This document shows positions 36,181-49,401 of a stretch of 64,000 bases of DNA, piece after piece. The translations under genes were made by a program, and so were the position numbers. Position 1 is the stretch's first letter. Every line of letters begins with the position of its first letter. The notes below the pieces were generated by a model. That model was not told the origin of the DNA. It saw only the letters and a program-made list of their open reading frames with translations, and did no database searches. Source of the stretch: Lama glama (Eukaryota); contig CM052817.1 in the NCBI GenBank assembly GCA_028534125.1, positions 47,556,001-47,620,000 of the forward strand, written 5' to 3'.

Positions 36181-39100
36181 AAAGTGGTATGAATAATCTG
36201 GCAAGATTAGGCAATATCAAAATTTCATATTCTTCTCCCTATTCTGTTGCTAATTTTTACATAACCTACAGTTAAGAAGTTAAGAAGATGGCTAAAATGA
36301 ATAGCAAAATAGGAATTTTTTTCATTACAGAGATGTGACTACAAAACACGCTATGACTTTGGGGATGCATTCTTGTGGGTTAGTCAGCAAGGAGGGTGTA
36401 TTGACATGGGTGAGGAAGGTTAACTTAGGCAACCAAAATGTCCCACAAAATGCTGCTGAGCTCTGGCATGAGTTACCACGGGCAGACTAAAACTGCTTAA
36501 TCCTATGCGTAGCTTTGTAAGACAAAACCATTGTAGAACTCACTGATGTGTGTGAAGTGTCTTTCCCTAATCATCCTCTTTTCTCACACCCTATTGAACC
36601 CTGCCTTAGTTCCCCTGAACATCAGATATTACTTATCTCAGTATTTTTTTATCAAAGGCATTCATGTTACTTCAAATCTCTGGAGCAACATCGCTTGATT
36701 TTTATTTGAGACAGCCTGGTGACCATATAGTATATCAAAGGATGAGAGTTTCAGATTTTAGAGCCAAGGATATACTCCTAGGGACCTTAACTGGAAATGG
36801 ATGGGTCCCCGATCTCCAGCATCACGTTCTGCTGGGGGGAAGAAAAGCATTTGGAGTGTGAACTACCGATACTCCTGCTTTCCCTGAGACGCCCATGTGT
36901 AGCCTTACAATACACCCAGTTTCTCCAGGTACTTGAACGCGTCTCCAGTCTCTGCAACTAAGTGAACTTTTATCAAAAATACTTTTTCTCAACTGTAGTT
37001 GACTTATGTGTCTTAATCTTATATCTACCAACCATACTGAGCTAATTCCTTTTGCTAATTTTAAAATCTGTCTGTAGATTCTTTGTTTTTTCTATGTAAT
37101 AATTGTATTAACTGTGACTAATGGCACTCTTATTTCTTCCTTCCCAATATTTATTCTCTCTTTTTTTTTAATATCTGTTAATGAACTGGCTGGTTTTACA
37201 ACGTTGAATTCTCATCTGATTCTTGATTTTAAAGATTATTCGAAGGTTTCACTATTAAGTATGATGTTTGTTGTGTAATTAAAATACTAGCTTTATTAAG
37301 GAACTCCCCCATAGTTTTAGTTTTCCAGTATTTTTAAAAGTTATGAACAAGTATCTTATTTTATCATAGGCTTATTCTGCTTCTATTGAGTTATGGTAAT
37401 TAAAATGCATTTTCTAATGTTAAACCATTTGTGAATTCCTAAGTTAAATCAAAAGATGTATTTTTTTAAAGCATCTATACATTGTTGGCTTTGATTTGCT
37501 ATTTATTTAAAAATTTATATGTATGTTCATGAATGAGATTGGTCTGTATTATTACTTTTATTTGCTGCCTGGGAGTAACTATTTGCTAAAATTTACATGT
37601 ACATTTAAATGTCTATCTATAGACATTTAAAGTGTGAACTGTATATCATGGAATTAATTTATATGGCTGCATGTTAGTAGATGGTGTAATCTGTGAAGCA
37701 CCACACGAAGGTTAGTTATTGTTATACTTTGTATAAACTCTTTTTATGAAGGTATCTGTCCTCTAAAACAATAAGCCTCCCTGAAAACATGGGTTATGCC
37801 TCATTCATTTTTATTTTCTTAGCACTCTCCCAAGGCAAGATGAATATTTGATAAGTGAATAAGCATGTGCTTCAAGAAGGACTGTGTGAAATCTCATATT
37901 TTACTCCATGACCTCTGGCTCACACAGACAAAATCAGGTTACACGGAAGGTGACTGATGGCTTTGAACATGAAAAGAAGAAAATAATTGGCAAGACAAGT
38001 ACATGAGTGTTGAGAGGAAGAACTGGTTCTAATTTTGCCTAGGTAATAAGGGAACAGAGAGAGAGGAGAGCTTCCAAGATACTTTTACATTAACTCAATA
38101 TATTCAGTTCACTCTACTGCCCCCTGGGTCTCAGCTAACCCACTTGAATACTCGGTGGGAAACAGGAGTTTATATGGAGGAAGACATGCCTACATCATTC
38201 ACACAGCATCGCTTTTGGAATACTTATTATGTTTATCCATAGAGAAAATAATTGACGCCACAATTTTGAAATATACAATTGAATAAATAATTCTTTTAAT
38301 GGTGGATTTGAAAAGATGAAAGCTATTCAATTCGTGTGTTCTTTTGATTTGTGAACATTTTTCACATATTAATTTACTCTAATTTTTTTCAAAAGTGACT
38401 GAGACGCTTTTTGGTAATATATCCATGATTGAAGATACTCCCCAGGGCAAATGACTTCATTTAAATAATTCTGGAATTACCCAAATTAATCATGAAAGTT
38501 TTTTGATGTAAAAAAGTAGTGTAGTCTTTGAGTAGGAAAAAAAAAAAGCTTGACTCCAAAACTATAGAGACTTCCAGACCAATACGATAGCCTGCTTGCA
38601 AAGACTCATATGTTCTCTTCAAAGTTCCCATTAGAAGTCCTAAAGTGGTAAAGAACTGCAGTTCCATTTAAAAGCAAAGCTAATTCACTATAAGAAATGG
38701 AGACAGGAGAAGTTACAGTTGCAGGCTGTTAATTTTGGATTAACTGAGAAACAAAATAAAACTAAACACTAAAATTACCGTCCAGCCTTTAGAGATTTCC
38801 CCTTCTAGCTGTTAAGGAATAGCTTGTTGCTGACCAAAGCTCCCAGGAGCAACTGAAAAGCTGAAGAAAAAAAAATAGCAAAACGATGAAATACCCCATC
38901 TGTTTGAAAGCTTTGGACTACAACAAAGGAGCCAAGATTCCAGAGAAAAAAATGAAACTCACTGAGATGAGTTTGGCATTTTATACATTTTTCCTTTGAA
39001 GCGTTTGTTGCTTCAGAAGCTGCACGGTTAGAGATGCTTAGAAGTCGAGCAGAAATAGTTGTTAAGAGGTGCGGAAACTGAAGAGAGCTTTGAACAATCT

Positions 39101-39538
39101 TGTGAGCCTTTGAACAAAAATAAGTTCAAAATGAACAAAGCAATGAAATAATGAAGTGTCAACCCAGGAAAGAAAGGCAGAAAAGTGAGCTGCTTTTCTT
39201 CTTATGGTGTTCGGTGATTGATTCCTAACCAGCGAGAGCCACAAATTGATGAATTTTTTTTCCTCACAGGGGTATGGGCTAGCAGTTTTGAAACTACTTT
39301 CCATTTCTGTAGGTCCAAAGGCCAGTACTGGTATCGCTGGACTAAAATCAAGGTGTCATATGTCCTATTGTAGAGCAACGGTTACATCGGATATTCTGTA
39401 AGATTGTACATAAAGAGAGCCAGGTTTCTCGCTGTCAGAGAAAGTTCTAAATGAGCAAAGAAGCAATGCTGGAATGCTAGAGTGAACCCTCTGCTTTTTC
39501 GCTGGAGTGAGTATGAATAGATACAGGTATAGAGATAT

Positions 39539-39861
39539 TGTTAAAAGATAAACTGAGGCACATTAAAATTTTCAAGATTTTATTCGCGCAAACAATTTGA
39601 ATTGAGTGTTGCCAAACTGGAAGTGGTGGGGAGCATTCCATCGAAAGGCGCAGGAGAGAGGTTTTTAAAGAGCCTGCATAGAAGAACAGCAAGGGAACTG
39701 TTAGACTGGCTAGAGCTCAAGGGGTTGTCTTATTGGGAAAGCCTTGCTGGCACTTTGAGATTGGTTGTTCCTACGTTTCACTTTCTCAGAATTCAGTGCG
39801 TTGATTCTGGCTTAGGTTTGGTTTGTTTACATAATGGCTTCCTTGTTTAGTTATTTTAACA
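39539..39861. mobile_element. ERV1-like solo LTR
   Basis: TGTTAAAA...TTTTAACA inverted termini, ~320 bp. Confidence 0.65.
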
Positions 39862-39897
39862 TTGTGTGTGTGTGTATAATATATAATACACATGGTC

Positions 39898-39904
<7 letters not shown>

Positions 39905-39936
<32 letters not shown>
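39905..39936. repeat. (GT)n microsatellite
   Basis: Direct observation. Confidence 0.95.
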
Positions 39937-39937
<1 letters not shown>

Positions 39938-39940
<3 letters not shown>

Positions 39941-40350
39941 GCTTAGAACAACCGAAATTTGTTAACTTACTGTTCTGTAGATCCGAAGACCAATACTAGT
40001 ATCACTGGGCTAAAATCAAGGTGTCAGCAGACATCCCTTTCTGGAGGCACAAGGGGTGAATCCATTTCCTCACTTTTTCCAGCTTGTGGAGGCTTCTCTC
40101 TGGTCCTTGCACATAGTCTCCTACATTTCAGAACCAGCAACGGGGCGATATCAGATCTTTCTCCTGCTACCATCTTTCTTTGGCAACAGCGGGGAAATAG
40201 CCTCTGTTTTTGAGGACTTGTGATTCTATTGGGCTCACCTGTTTTCATCCAAGATCATCTTCCCCATTTCACCGTCCTTAACCTCAATCACACTGCAGTG
40301 GCCTTTTAGCCATATAAGGTAACACGTTCCCAGTTCTGAGGATTATCATG
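39938..40350 (-). mobile_element. MaLR LTR (MLT1C/D-like)
   Basis: tggcttagaacaac...gggctaaaatcaaggtgtcagcag...ccatataaggtaacac. Confidence 0.7.
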
Positions 40351-41252
40351 TAGAGGTCTGCATATCTGTCAGTGTATGCTTTATATATATTTGGGGGCTA
40401 TATTGTTATCTGCATTTACTTGCATGTAAGATCAGAATTTTTGCAATTGCCTTATGAAATACAACTGTTCTCATTATGTAATTACTGATTTTATTGCTAC
40501 TAATGCTCTTCACCTTAACATCTAATTTGCCTCATGTTAAAGTAGCCCCAGCAGCGAACTTTGGATGGTGAATGCAGAGAGAAGGAAAAGGACAGGGATG
40601 ACAGGTACGATGCATGACACAAGATGGGGACCAGATCTTAGAAAGCAGGCACTCCCAAGAAGATTTAAGGAAGAAAAAAAAAGAAGCAAAAATAGTAATG
40701 AAATCTATGATATAAGATAAAATTTCTGATTAAAATAAACATAAACAACAACCTTGAGCCTGAACACTGCTGGCATTCTCCAAAGTCTCATTAAAAAATG
40801 ATGAAAACATCATCCTTGAAATTTAAAAACAAAGAAAAACTCACCTTGGATTCATTTCAAAAACATAAACCATAAAAAAGCAATATCAAAATAAGCAGCC
40901 GTGTGGCAGAAGTCAGTCTGACTAATTTTTCCCATATAGGGCTAACTACCAGGAAATGCTGTGCTGAGAGGAAATTTATGATTCGTAATTTTATACTCAG
41001 TAAGCTTTCATTCTTGTGTGAGGAGAAGAGAGAGGAAGTCCGAGATATGCAAAATACAGCTGTTTTTAGAAATCTTGCCTTCATCCTGAGTAATTCCTTT
41101 TATTCTGGACATCCTCCTTAATTATTTGATTCTTTTTAAAGTGATGAGGACTGCATTCAGAATATCAAAAGACAAAATTGCCAAAGAAGAAATATAGTAA
41201 GTGTCCAGTCTCACTAAAAATATAGTTTAAAATTTTTAAAATAAATTTTAAA

Positions 41253-41752
41253 NNNNNNNNNNNNNNNNNNNNNNNNNNNNNNNNNNNNNNNNNNNNNNNN
41301 NNNNNNNNNNNNNNNNNNNNNNNNNNNNNNNNNNNNNNNNNNNNNNNNNNNNNNNNNNNNNNNNNNNNNNNNNNNNNNNNNNNNNNNNNNNNNNNNNNNN
41401 NNNNNNNNNNNNNNNNNNNNNNNNNNNNNNNNNNNNNNNNNNNNNNNNNNNNNNNNNNNNNNNNNNNNNNNNNNNNNNNNNNNNNNNNNNNNNNNNNNNN
41501 NNNNNNNNNNNNNNNNNNNNNNNNNNNNNNNNNNNNNNNNNNNNNNNNNNNNNNNNNNNNNNNNNNNNNNNNNNNNNNNNNNNNNNNNNNNNNNNNNNNN
41601 NNNNNNNNNNNNNNNNNNNNNNNNNNNNNNNNNNNNNNNNNNNNNNNNNNNNNNNNNNNNNNNNNNNNNNNNNNNNNNNNNNNNNNNNNNNNNNNNNNNN
41701 NNNNNNNNNNNNNNNNNNNNNNNNNNNNNNNNNNNNNNNNNNNNNNNNNNNN
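41253..41752. other. Assembly gap of exactly 500 N
   Basis: Direct observation; the round length suggests a placeholder of unknown true size. Confidence 0.99.
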
Positions 41753-43689
41753 TTTTTTTTTTTCTTTTATTTTCTCTGCTCTACTGTGCTCCAGATAAGC
41801 GAGTGATGGCCACTTCACATTTCTTCCATTCTTCTCTTCTTCCCTCTTTAACCCATGCTGAGTCAGGTGTACAGCCCTGGCCGACTCAATTATTTCCAGA
41901 AACGCAGGATCTTATGGTATAAACGGGAATGTTGGTGGCTACACCTGTGGTAAGAGTTTGAAAAATATGGGTGTGAACCAGATAGACTCTTCAAAAGATG
42001 CCCTACGCTTTCCATAAGATATGACAGTACCCTTATTTAGAAGCCCTTAACAATTCCCACTCACAGAATAGAATTGGAAAAAAAAAATTGAAGTAGATTT
42101 CATAAATGAAGGTAAGGCCTGTAAAGTATTATGTCTCAAATAGAATTTACACACTCTAGTGAACATTACAAACAATTTACTAAATTGCTTATGCTTAATT
42201 ACGACGCCTCACTCAGCAGCAAGTGCACGGCTGTATTTATATGTTTTCTGTGCTTAAATCAGTAAGTTGCGATTTTAGGAGCACATCATTCCGGAATTGC
42301 AGGCTGTGAAAGAGACTTCACATGGTAAGTGATAAACACACAGAGGAAGGATCTTTCAAATCCTGTTTTTACTATTAACTATTCCCAGATATGGTTAAAA
42401 TAATTCAGTAAACTTTTCTCCGAGATAGTATGCTGAAAGAGTGCAGAAATAAAGGAATAGAATGTTAAGAATGCCAGAAAAAAATTGCTCATCCAAGTCA
42501 GAATAATAAAATTTACTGTGGTGAGTTATGGTATTTCTCTATAAACACTAAACTGTCAAATAATTAGATTGGTAGTTTGTCTACAGAATTATTTAGATGT
42601 CCTTTGATTTGTTTATCTATCATACATGCAATATTTTTATATTAATAATGACCTTCAAAGAGAGAAAGATATTTTATCTGTACTGAATTATTAATCATAA
42701 ATTATAAAAGGACATAAAACATTTTCTGACATTTAATATTTCTTCTTTTATGTTAAATGTTATTCCCTATTGTGTTCTGACCTTCAGTGTGATTAATAAC
42801 TATATTTATATCTACATTTCCTCTGCAGTAAAATTTCAAATAAATTATCAGATCTCCTTGCACATATAGGAATGACAGATGTCCTTTTGAATGGATGCTA
42901 TCTGCTGGTAAGAGTGTCCTTAACTGTAGAATGCTTTGGCAGGATATGTCTGATTGTCCAGGATTGCTTATGGTTAAGAAACCTGAAATCTATGGATTTA
43001 TGGTGCATAAATTCCTGGAAAATGTTACATAAGCTGTGTAACGCTCTGATAAAATGGAGATGTTGCAGGACTTAAATATCTCCCTCTGTGTAAGTGATAC
43101 GATCTCCCACGTCAGAGGACTTGTGTTAATCTGGGACCATAGCATATCCCAATATTGCATTGGAGGTTCCAGGTCTTTCTTGCTTCACCTTGGTCTCCTA
43201 ATTACAACCATTTTTGAAACTGTTTGTAAAGCTTGATACCGGGGAAGATCTCTGATTCAACAGGTGGCTGATTTGACAATCAGCCCTTTGTTATCTCAGA
43301 TCATCTCTTAGAATTTACAAGCTCGCATTCACTTTGTTAGAGATGAAGAAACAGAGCAATATTTTTTTTGCTTTATTAGAATTTTTACTTTCTTAGCATT
43401 ACTTATTGTTGTGCATGAATAATTGTATTTATTTATTATGAACAACCTACATTTGATCTATGGTCACATTGGCGTTTTAAGTAAGTGTTATCACCTCAGT
43501 GATGCCAATGACCTATTTGTCACCAAGAGTAAACATTTCAAGTTCAGGATTGTTTCTCACCCACAGTCTGTAAATTGGTATATAGATCTTTAAATTTGAA
43601 ATGATCCCACATGGTACTTGGCTTCTTTGTTGCCTGCTGAGAATTACTTGGAAATATTTTTCCCTACACTGTACTTGTTGCTCTCTCTC

Positions 43690-44083
43690 TTAGTCAAGGT
43701 TCTGCAGAGAAACGGAATCAACAGAATGTGTGTGTGGAGTGGGGTGTAAGGAACTGGTTTATGTGATTGTGATTCTGGAGGCTGGCAAGTCCAAAATCTC
43801 CAGGGGGTGCTGGTAGGCTGAAGATCCAAGTAAAAGCTGATATTACAGCTCAGATCAGAAAGCCACCTGCTGGCAAGAAATTGTTATTGCTCAGGGGAGG
43901 TCAAGCTTTTGTTCTGTTCAGGCCTTCAACTAATGGGAAAGGCCCACCCATATGGAGGGCAACTGCTTTACTCAAAATCCACGAATTCAAATGATAATCT
44001 CACCTAAAAATCCCAGCACAGAAGCATCCACGATCATATTTGGCACTGTGGTTCTGCCAAATTGACACATAAAGTTAGCTATC
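43690..44083 (+). mobile_element. ERVL LTR (MLT2-like)
   Basis: tagtcaaggttctgcagagaaacggaatcaacag...ggctggcaagtccaaaatc...ttgacacataaagttagctatca. Confidence 0.75.
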
Positions 44084-47000
44084 ATGCCCTCCAAAGTACC
44101 CATCTTCCATCCAAGCATCTAGTTTTGCGTGAATTTTTTTTTTTACTGATTTCACCTTGTACCTTCATTGATCATTTTGATAACTCTTCAAACATATTTG
44201 TTAAGCAAACGTGGGTGATCACACACACTCAATTCTGTGGAATAATACTTTTGGGGAGAAAAGCAGACAGTAGCAGAATCAGATGTGTGTGGGTATACTG
44301 CTACCCACAGAATTCCGAAATAACACACAGGGATCTAGTCACACGAGACATCAAACTCCAGGAGAGAGACCCTGTCTTTTGCTGCATGATTCGAGAAGCA
44401 AGAGTCCCTGCCCTGTTGTGACTATGGGTTGGGATCCAGTGCAGCTCTGCCTCTTCACATTCGTTGGTTGGAAGGTCACCAGCGCTCTTCTGGTGTGATG
44501 AGAAGTCTAGGATTTATGTCTCACAATTTTAGCTATGTGGTGGGCCAGTGGTCTGATGTGCTACCTCAGTGTTCTTCTTGAATTAATTGCCTAAAGGATT
44601 TGGCTATAGTTGGTCTCCATGCAGCTCTGTTGGATGCCAAATCTTCTCTGAGAGGACAACATGGACAAATTAACTCTTGTCTAACTTAAAAACATTTTTT
44701 TCATGCTTTATGAGATGCATTTATCCATGGCTAACAGTGCATGTGTTTGTTTTCATAATCTGTGATCTGAAAATTAAAGTCTTTTGAAACTATCTTAATA
44801 AGCCATCCATATCTTTACTTTTCATAGCTAATGTTTTTCTATCTCTGTCTCCATAATACTCAGCCATCAGTTTGTCAGGTGAATTGTCCTCAGACACTTG
44901 CTTCAGAATGCCAGCACCCATCCCACTGAGAGTCATCAGATCGCTCTGCTGAGAAGCATACACAGACATGTACCTTTCTCAGCAGAGTGTCTGAGTCATT
45001 AATCACATTGCCTGGCTCTTCCTTGGGGGGCTGGATTGAAACATGCCTTCTGTTCAGTGACGCCTGCAAGATTTTCCTAGTTTCTTGAGTAGCTTTCTAT
45101 TGTTTGCTTAGAATGGTGTTTTTCACCCCTAGGCACATATTTAAATCCCCTGGAAACTATCAAACTAACAACATCCCACTACAGACCAATTAAAAGAATA
45201 TCTGGGGATGGTGATCAGGTGTCAGTGTTTCTTTCAAACTTTCCAGGCGATTCTGAAAGGCAGCTGGAGTTGAGTCATCGCTTTGGCAGAGTGCTTCTCA
45301 AACACTAAGATAAAATGAGTCATCTCTACATCTTGTTAAATTTCAGATTCTAATTCAGTACGTGTGGAGCAGGGCCTGAGATCCTGTATTTCCTATTGGG
45401 GACCACACTCCGAGTGGCAAGGTGAAGTTCTTGATTCCCTCTCAGTGGTTTTACCTTCATGTTGAAATATGTCTTTATTCTAATTTGTCACCTTTATTCA
45501 TCCGTATTCATCAAGTGCAAATGTTATGGACGTGACTTTTCCCTCTCTTTCCTGCTAAATAGCAACAATCCTTTGTGAGATGCAGTTTTGAGCTTCCCGT
45601 TTTTACATTATCTGAATGTTAGAGCCAAAAATAACCTTAGAGAAGAATCTGATCCGGTAGTTTCAGGAGTGCTCCCAGAGCCAGGAGGCCTGAGAGGGCC
45701 CTTGGGAGGTGTGGGGGGAAAGTGGGTAGGTGCAGACGAGGCTGAAATCCATTCCAATGAGAAAATTATACGTTTTTGGTTTGTTTCACCCTTCAATGTG
45801 TTATTTCAGTTAAAAGGTTTTTCAGTTGAAAAGATAGTAGGAAAACTACTCATTTTGTCATTTCAAAGATGAAAAACCTGAGGCACAGATGGTAAGTTAT
45901 GTACTTAAGTGCATTAAATATTCAGTAACAAATTCATAAAGTTTCTGTGAATGAAAAAAAAAATCACTGGCAACATTAAGTTATAGCACCTGCTAACTTT
46001 ACAGTGTGAAATGGGTTAAAACCATCTCATGGTAATTTTGCCTTTCGTGTCTATTAATATACCTGCGACCTTGTGTTTATGTATACGTGAGTCATCAAAG
46101 ATACAATGGAAAAAATTCACAATAATAATTGCATGCCTCCAAGCACACAGCAGATAATGCAATAAACCAGGGAATGAAAAGATTAAACTGTCTACAAATA
46201 TCCAACAGCTCAGCTAATGCACATATTGCCATTCCCTTCCCTTTATTTCTTCCGGCTCTTCTAAGAACCCACAGAGTTGTATAGCGATCAGAAGTTGCTG
46301 TATACAGTATTTTTTCTACTTTATGGATTATAATCAACCTTGATTCTCTCTTCTTTTTGGAGGGAGGCAAAGATAAGACATAGAACTGCACAGTAGGGGC
46401 AAAGAGACGACGTCGCCATCTTTCTGTAGTTACCTCCTGTAGTGTGCCAGCATCGTGCAGCATGGCCACTGGGCAGCACCCAGAAAAGCCATAGTTGAGC
46501 AAGTAAGCAAAGAAAACGTGACAAGGTATTAGCAGGGGGGAGGCTGGTGTACGGTCCTTCTCAGTGCTTGTGATAGGCTTTGCTCATGTTCATGCCTGGA
46601 GAAAAGAGGAAGCAAGGGCTATCTGCTGACACCTAGAACAATTCATTTGAAATCGTGGTTTCAGAGGATGTATGAGTGACTTTCTAGGGAATCCAGGGCA
46701 GAGTGGAAACAGGTGTATCTATCTTCTGTGATCCTTGAGGGATTAACCTTCTCTGTGCTATGGAATTTCATCAAGTTTGTGTTTATTATAAAAATCCAGT
46801 TTTATGTTTGACATTATAGGGCATTAATCTTCAAGTATCTTATTTCAACACATTTAAAACTACATTTAAATTAAAATATTTTAGCTTGTATTTCTGTTTC
46901 AGTCAGCAGCATATACATAGTGCAATTATAGTTTAGCTTCTAGGTAAATGCCTCTGCATGTGGAGGTTGGAAAGAATACAAAATATCATGAGTGGGTTGG

Positions 47001-48920
47001 AAGGACCAGTAAACCTTGCTTTTTCTTGAAAAATGTTTCCCAGTTCTCTGCAGTCTTTCTCTATCTGTGTTCTGTATTCTTTTGTGGTTCACCCATCAGT
47101 GTGACTCTATCTACTTCCCATCTTCCATCTTTTTGCAAAAATACTTTATATGCTAATTACCACCTCCTGTTCTCAGCAATGTTATGCACTTGTTGCTTTT
47201 GGTATATTTTGTATTACAATTTGAATGTCATTATGAGATACAAGGAAGATGATCAGATTTGCTCCTCCAAATACATTAAACACTTAAAATATTATCAGTT
47301 TTTAAAAAATGTATGACACATCCTTGTTTCATGCCACATGTTACATCAGCTTCCCAAGTATAAGTATTAAATAATAGCAAACTAATCATGAAATTATTTA
47401 GAGGTTAAATTCAGATTTTGACTCCCTTGAATTGAACAGGGAAATGCTATAGACACAAGCCATAAAGTTATAAGACCATAAAACCATAAGACCTTAGTGT
47501 GCGCTGTGGTTCATTAGATTCTCAAGGACAAAAGTGAAAGTCCTGGAGTCAGCATGAATAGTAGGTCAGCAAGTAGCAGGTACACACCTCACTCTTCACT
47601 ATATTTTGAGCATTGGGATAGATCTGTGTGATCAAGACGCAGCCCAGTTCTCTCACTCCTCTCTTCATCTATAACCTTTCTTGGTAGGCAGTTTCTAAAT
47701 TGCTGGCCTTGAGGAGAAAGCCCCGGACAAGACTCTGTCCTTTTCCCCCCCATTTTGCTAGTTTATACTGAGTTGTACTGGCAGCCCTGGTCTTAGACCT
47801 GCCAGTCTGAGCAACCTTTGGCTTGACCACCTTGAGCTCATAATTTCAAGGCTCTTCATATCCATCAAATGCTTTTCTGATGTGAAACCAGAGTCCTTAT
47901 AGCCACCTGTGGTTCAGTGGCAGTTATTTAATCTAATCTTAGAAGAATTAAAAATTTCATTCCGTAGAAAACCGAGTTCTCTTTCCCTGTCTTTCTACAA
48001 CAATGGATAACATCCCGAAGAGGATAGGCACAGAGAAGTTATTGTCTCCATGATTTTACCAGATTCTGTTATGAACCCAACTCTTGGGCATAATTCAGTT
48101 CGAAACATCTTGATTCCTAGCTGTACGCTCGGCATGGAATGGAGGAATGGGGGCTGGACAAACTGAGTACACCATAAGCACTAAATCAACACGCTTACAA
48201 TTTCCCTTGGAAAAAAGAGATACTCATAGAACAGATTGGAAACGATGTATGGCAGCAGCTGATTGGCTTCTCACATACCTGACACTCACAGTACATGTTG
48301 TAAGAATCCATCCACAAAGTGGAAGGATACTTCGTGTTTCTAGGCTTCAGCTTCTGTGTCTGTCTGAAGTGGTGGGTAGTGATAACATTTACCTCATAGT
48401 ATATAAGGATTCAGTGAGATGATGCCTGTAAAGAGCTTAGCAAAGTGCATGCCACATAATAAGCACCCATTAAATGCTGATACCAGTTAGAATTTGGCTC
48501 CATTGCTCCGTTATTACATGATCTTAGAGAATTCCCCTCACCTCTGTGAGGTCAGTTCCTCACCTGTAAAATGGGGATACTTACTGCTACTATATGGTAA
48601 TAAGGTTCCCACTAAACTGCACCACTAACATCAGGTACAATTTTATGAGAGCAAAATTTACATTTCTATCTTGTTAAGCCAATATATTTTTGGACTCTAT
48701 TATAGTGGCTTAACCTTTATCCTCACATCCGTGTATATACGCATACATAGTTACACATCAAGTAGCATAAGTGTTTGAAACATCTCTGATCATCAGAGAT
48801 GAATACCCTGAATTAGGGAGCACTTTTACAGTTTGCTGAGGAAAAAGTCAAATAATCTAACCAAAAAGAGAGCAAAGGATATGAAGAGGGAATTGACTAA
48901 GACAGAAATGCAAGTGAATA

Positions 48921-49401
48921 TGATGGGGTTCAGAGGAGGCCGTCCCAGAAAGCGCCCCTTTGGCAGGCGGATTATTTCAAGCTGAAGATGATTAAGGACC
49001 GATAGACTCAAGAAAAGCTCTTTGTCTCTCCCTTAACTGCCTAAAATAACTTAGATAGGGAGCCTGTCCCAGAAAGAGAGCTATTATCAAACATACATAT
49101 CATTTTTTACATACGAAAGATTTCATGTGGCGAGACAAACATTTCTCTACCAAACATTTGTTCCCATCCTTCGGGGAATTGTCTTCCTCTCCTTTGGAGT
49201 CTCAGACCCCTCCCCACTTCTCAGCTCAGGACTGCGTGTAAGCCTCAACTGCCTGACTGTTGGGGAGCCTCTCAGGTCTTTGTGAAGCTCCTATACATAT
49301 GTAATTAAAGTTGCTTTTCTCCTGTTACTCTGTCTTATGTCTATTTAATTATTAGGCCAGCCAAAGAACCAGGACAAAGGGAAAAGTTTTATTCTCCTAC
49401 A
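48921..49401 (+). mobile_element. ERV1 solo LTR (MER34-like) with 4-bp TSD
   Basis: TGATGGGGTTCAG...CTCCTACA with AATA at 48917-48920 and 49402-49405. Confidence 0.8.

Noticed and set aside
39305..40026. ~55-bp near-duplicate (ttctgtag...ctaaaatcaaggtgtca) at ~39305-39358 and ~39973-40026
   Set aside because: Both are MLT1-type sequence; explained by repeat fragmentation or local duplication
41165..41818. 217-aa ORF
   Set aside because: Artefact of translating through the N gap
46390..46545. CTCF/YY1-like motifs (cgccatctt; ccactgggcagcac)
   Set aside because: Only partial matches by eye; cannot be supported without motif scoring or ChIP data
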